This document shows positions 35,761 through 36,958 of a stretch of DNA of 36,958 bases, one piece after another. The stretch lies in NCBI GenBank assembly GCA_041082215.1, contig JBDOIF010000024.1, forward strand, positions 1 to 36,958. The letters are read 5' to 3'. Source of the DNA: Anaerolineae bacterium (GTDB lineage: Bacteria > Chloroflexota > Anaerolineae > B4-G1 > DUEL01). Position numbers and translations under genes: made by a program. Each line of letters begins with the position of its first letter. The stretch's first letter is position 1. Under the pieces are notes generated by a model, which searched no databases, was not told where the DNA came from, and saw only the letters and a list, made by a program, of their open reading frames with translations.

Positions 35761-36225
35761 ATGGAACAGCCCCTGCGCCTTCTGGCAGACGGAATGCTGG
35801 GCCGGCTGGCCCGATGGCTACGGCTCCTGGGATACGACACCGCCTATGAAAACGACGCCGACGACCTGGAGCTGGCCCGCCGCGCCCGCGCCGAGGGGCG
35901 GGTCCTTCTCACCCGGGACCGGGCGCTGGCGGCCCGGCGGGGCCTGCAGACGTTGCTGATCGAATCCGAGGCGCTGGAAGAACAGGTCCATCAGGTGCAG
36001 GAGGCCCTCGGCCCCCCGCCCCACCCCGCCCTCTCCCGGTGCAGCCTCTGCAATCTCCCCCTGGAACCGGCCGCTCCAGAAGAGGTGACGGACCGGGTCC
36101 CTCCTTACGTCCTGCGGACCTGCAGGCAGTTTCTCTCCTGTCCGGGCTGCGGCCGGGTCTACTGGGAAGGGACCCATCTGAAACGGATGCGGCAGCAACT
36201 GGAGGCCTTTCGCCGCCCGCGATAG
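35761..36225 (+). CDS. Mut7-C RNase domain protein (PIN-like plus zinc ribbon)
   Basis: LADGMLGRLARWLRLLGYD, LLTRD, RCSLCN, CPGCGRVYWEGTH. Confidence 0.93.
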   Translation: MEQPLRLLADGMLGRLARWLRLLGYDTAYENDADDLELARRARAEGRVLLTRDRALAARRGLQTLLIESEALEEQVHQVQEALGPPPHPALSRCSLCNLPLEPAAPEEVTDRVPPYVLRTCRQFLSCPGCGRVYWEGTHLKRMRQQLEAFRRPR

Positions 36226-36316
36226 TGGGGCGGGTTTGCTGCCCGACCGGGAGGAGGCGGCTAGCAAAGCCGCTCTATGGACTGTCAGGGGTTAGAAGAA
36301 AAAGGGGGCAAGCGGC

Positions 36317-36958
36317 TCAGCCACCGAGCGCCTCCAGGATGTGGGCGCGCAGGTCGGCGGGGAGGGAAGCAAGGGCCGTTTCCGCGGGGATGCCGGCCAG
36401 GATGGCCTGCAGGGCGCGGCCCAGGGCGGCATAGATGGGCTCGGGGGCGCGGGCCAGGCCGTCGCAGATCTGCCGTGCAAGCTGGCTGGCCCGGGCGTCC
36501 CCCCCTCGCGCCGCGCGCACCAGCGCCAGCAGGTCGTCCAGGGTGAGCACCTGGGCCTCAGCCTGGGCGAGCAGTTGGTCCACGGCGGCGACCCAGTGAG
36601 CCAGGCCGAGGGCGGCAAAGCCCTGGCGGGCTTCCTGCAGCAAAGGAAGCGCCTCTTCGCGCTGCCCGCGGGCCAGGGCCAGTTGGCCCAGGCCCATCAG
36701 ATAGACCGCCACGCCCTGCGGGTCGCGGATGCGGCGGCAGATCTCCAGCCCGGAGCGGTAGAGCCGTTCGGCCTCGTCGTACTGTCCCCGCGTGCGCAGC
36801 AGGTCGGCCAGGCTGGATTGGGTCACCGCCACCTCGCGGCTGTCGCCCAGCGCCTCGAAGACGCGGAGGCTTTCGCGGTAGAGCCGTTCGGCCTCGTCGT
36901 ACTGTCCCCGCGTGCGCAGCAGGTCGGCCAGGCTGGATTGGGTCACCGCCACCTCGCG
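36317..36958 (-). CDS. Tetratricopeptide-repeat protein, 5'-truncated
   Basis: 40-aa TPR units (GQYDEAERLYRESLRVFEALGD); the ORF runs off the window end. Confidence 0.88.
   Translation of the reverse strand, partial: REVAVTQSSLADLLRTRGQYDEAERLYRESLRVFEALGDSREVAVTQSSLADLLRTRGQYDEAERLYRSGLEICRRIRDPQGVAVYLMGLGQLALARGQREEALPLLQEARQGFAALGLAHWVAAVDQLLAQAEAQVLTLDDLLALVRAARGGDARASQLARQICDGLARAPEPIYAALGRALQAILAGIPAETALASLPADLRAHILEALGG
36755..36958 (-). repeat. Intragenic 120-bp-period TPR duplication (84 bp identical up to the window end)
   Basis: 36755-36838 is identical to 36875-36958. Confidence 0.95.

Overview
High-GC bacterial chromosomal fragment. Gene content and repeat style suggest Chloroflexota, probably Anaerolineae (inference). 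It carries about 30 protein genes, mostly housekeeping: a GT-C/YfhO-like membrane protein, a URO-D family protein, a two-S1-domain protein, smpB, tandem S41 proteases, fni plus a polyprenyl synthase, acpP, a lipoate ligase, a B12-radical SAM enzyme, scpA, acpS, an M16 peptidase pair, ugd, a hybrid sensor kinase and a Mut7-C RNase. There is one tRNA-Pro(CGG), several near-consensus sigma70 promoters and many short tandem or REP-like repeats. The most notable signal is an intact tyrosine recombinase (8394-9437) whose perfect TTGACA-N17-TATAAT promoter is overlapped by a symmetric palindrome, ATTCGTATA-GTTTACCT-TATACGAAT. Its central 24 bp match loxP at 21 positions, and it also resembles a dif site with two XerC-type arms. 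It is followed by a four-gene cassette (winged-HTH-like protein, membrane protein, P-loop ATPase, TPR protein). Other oddities are an orphan Pol-beta-type nucleotidyltransferase, an Amt-family protein lacking both pore histidines, a dockerin-like module inside an ExeM-type nuclease, and a 74-bp identical tract shared by the two S41 paralogs. The window begins in a poly-G run and ends inside a TPR repeat.
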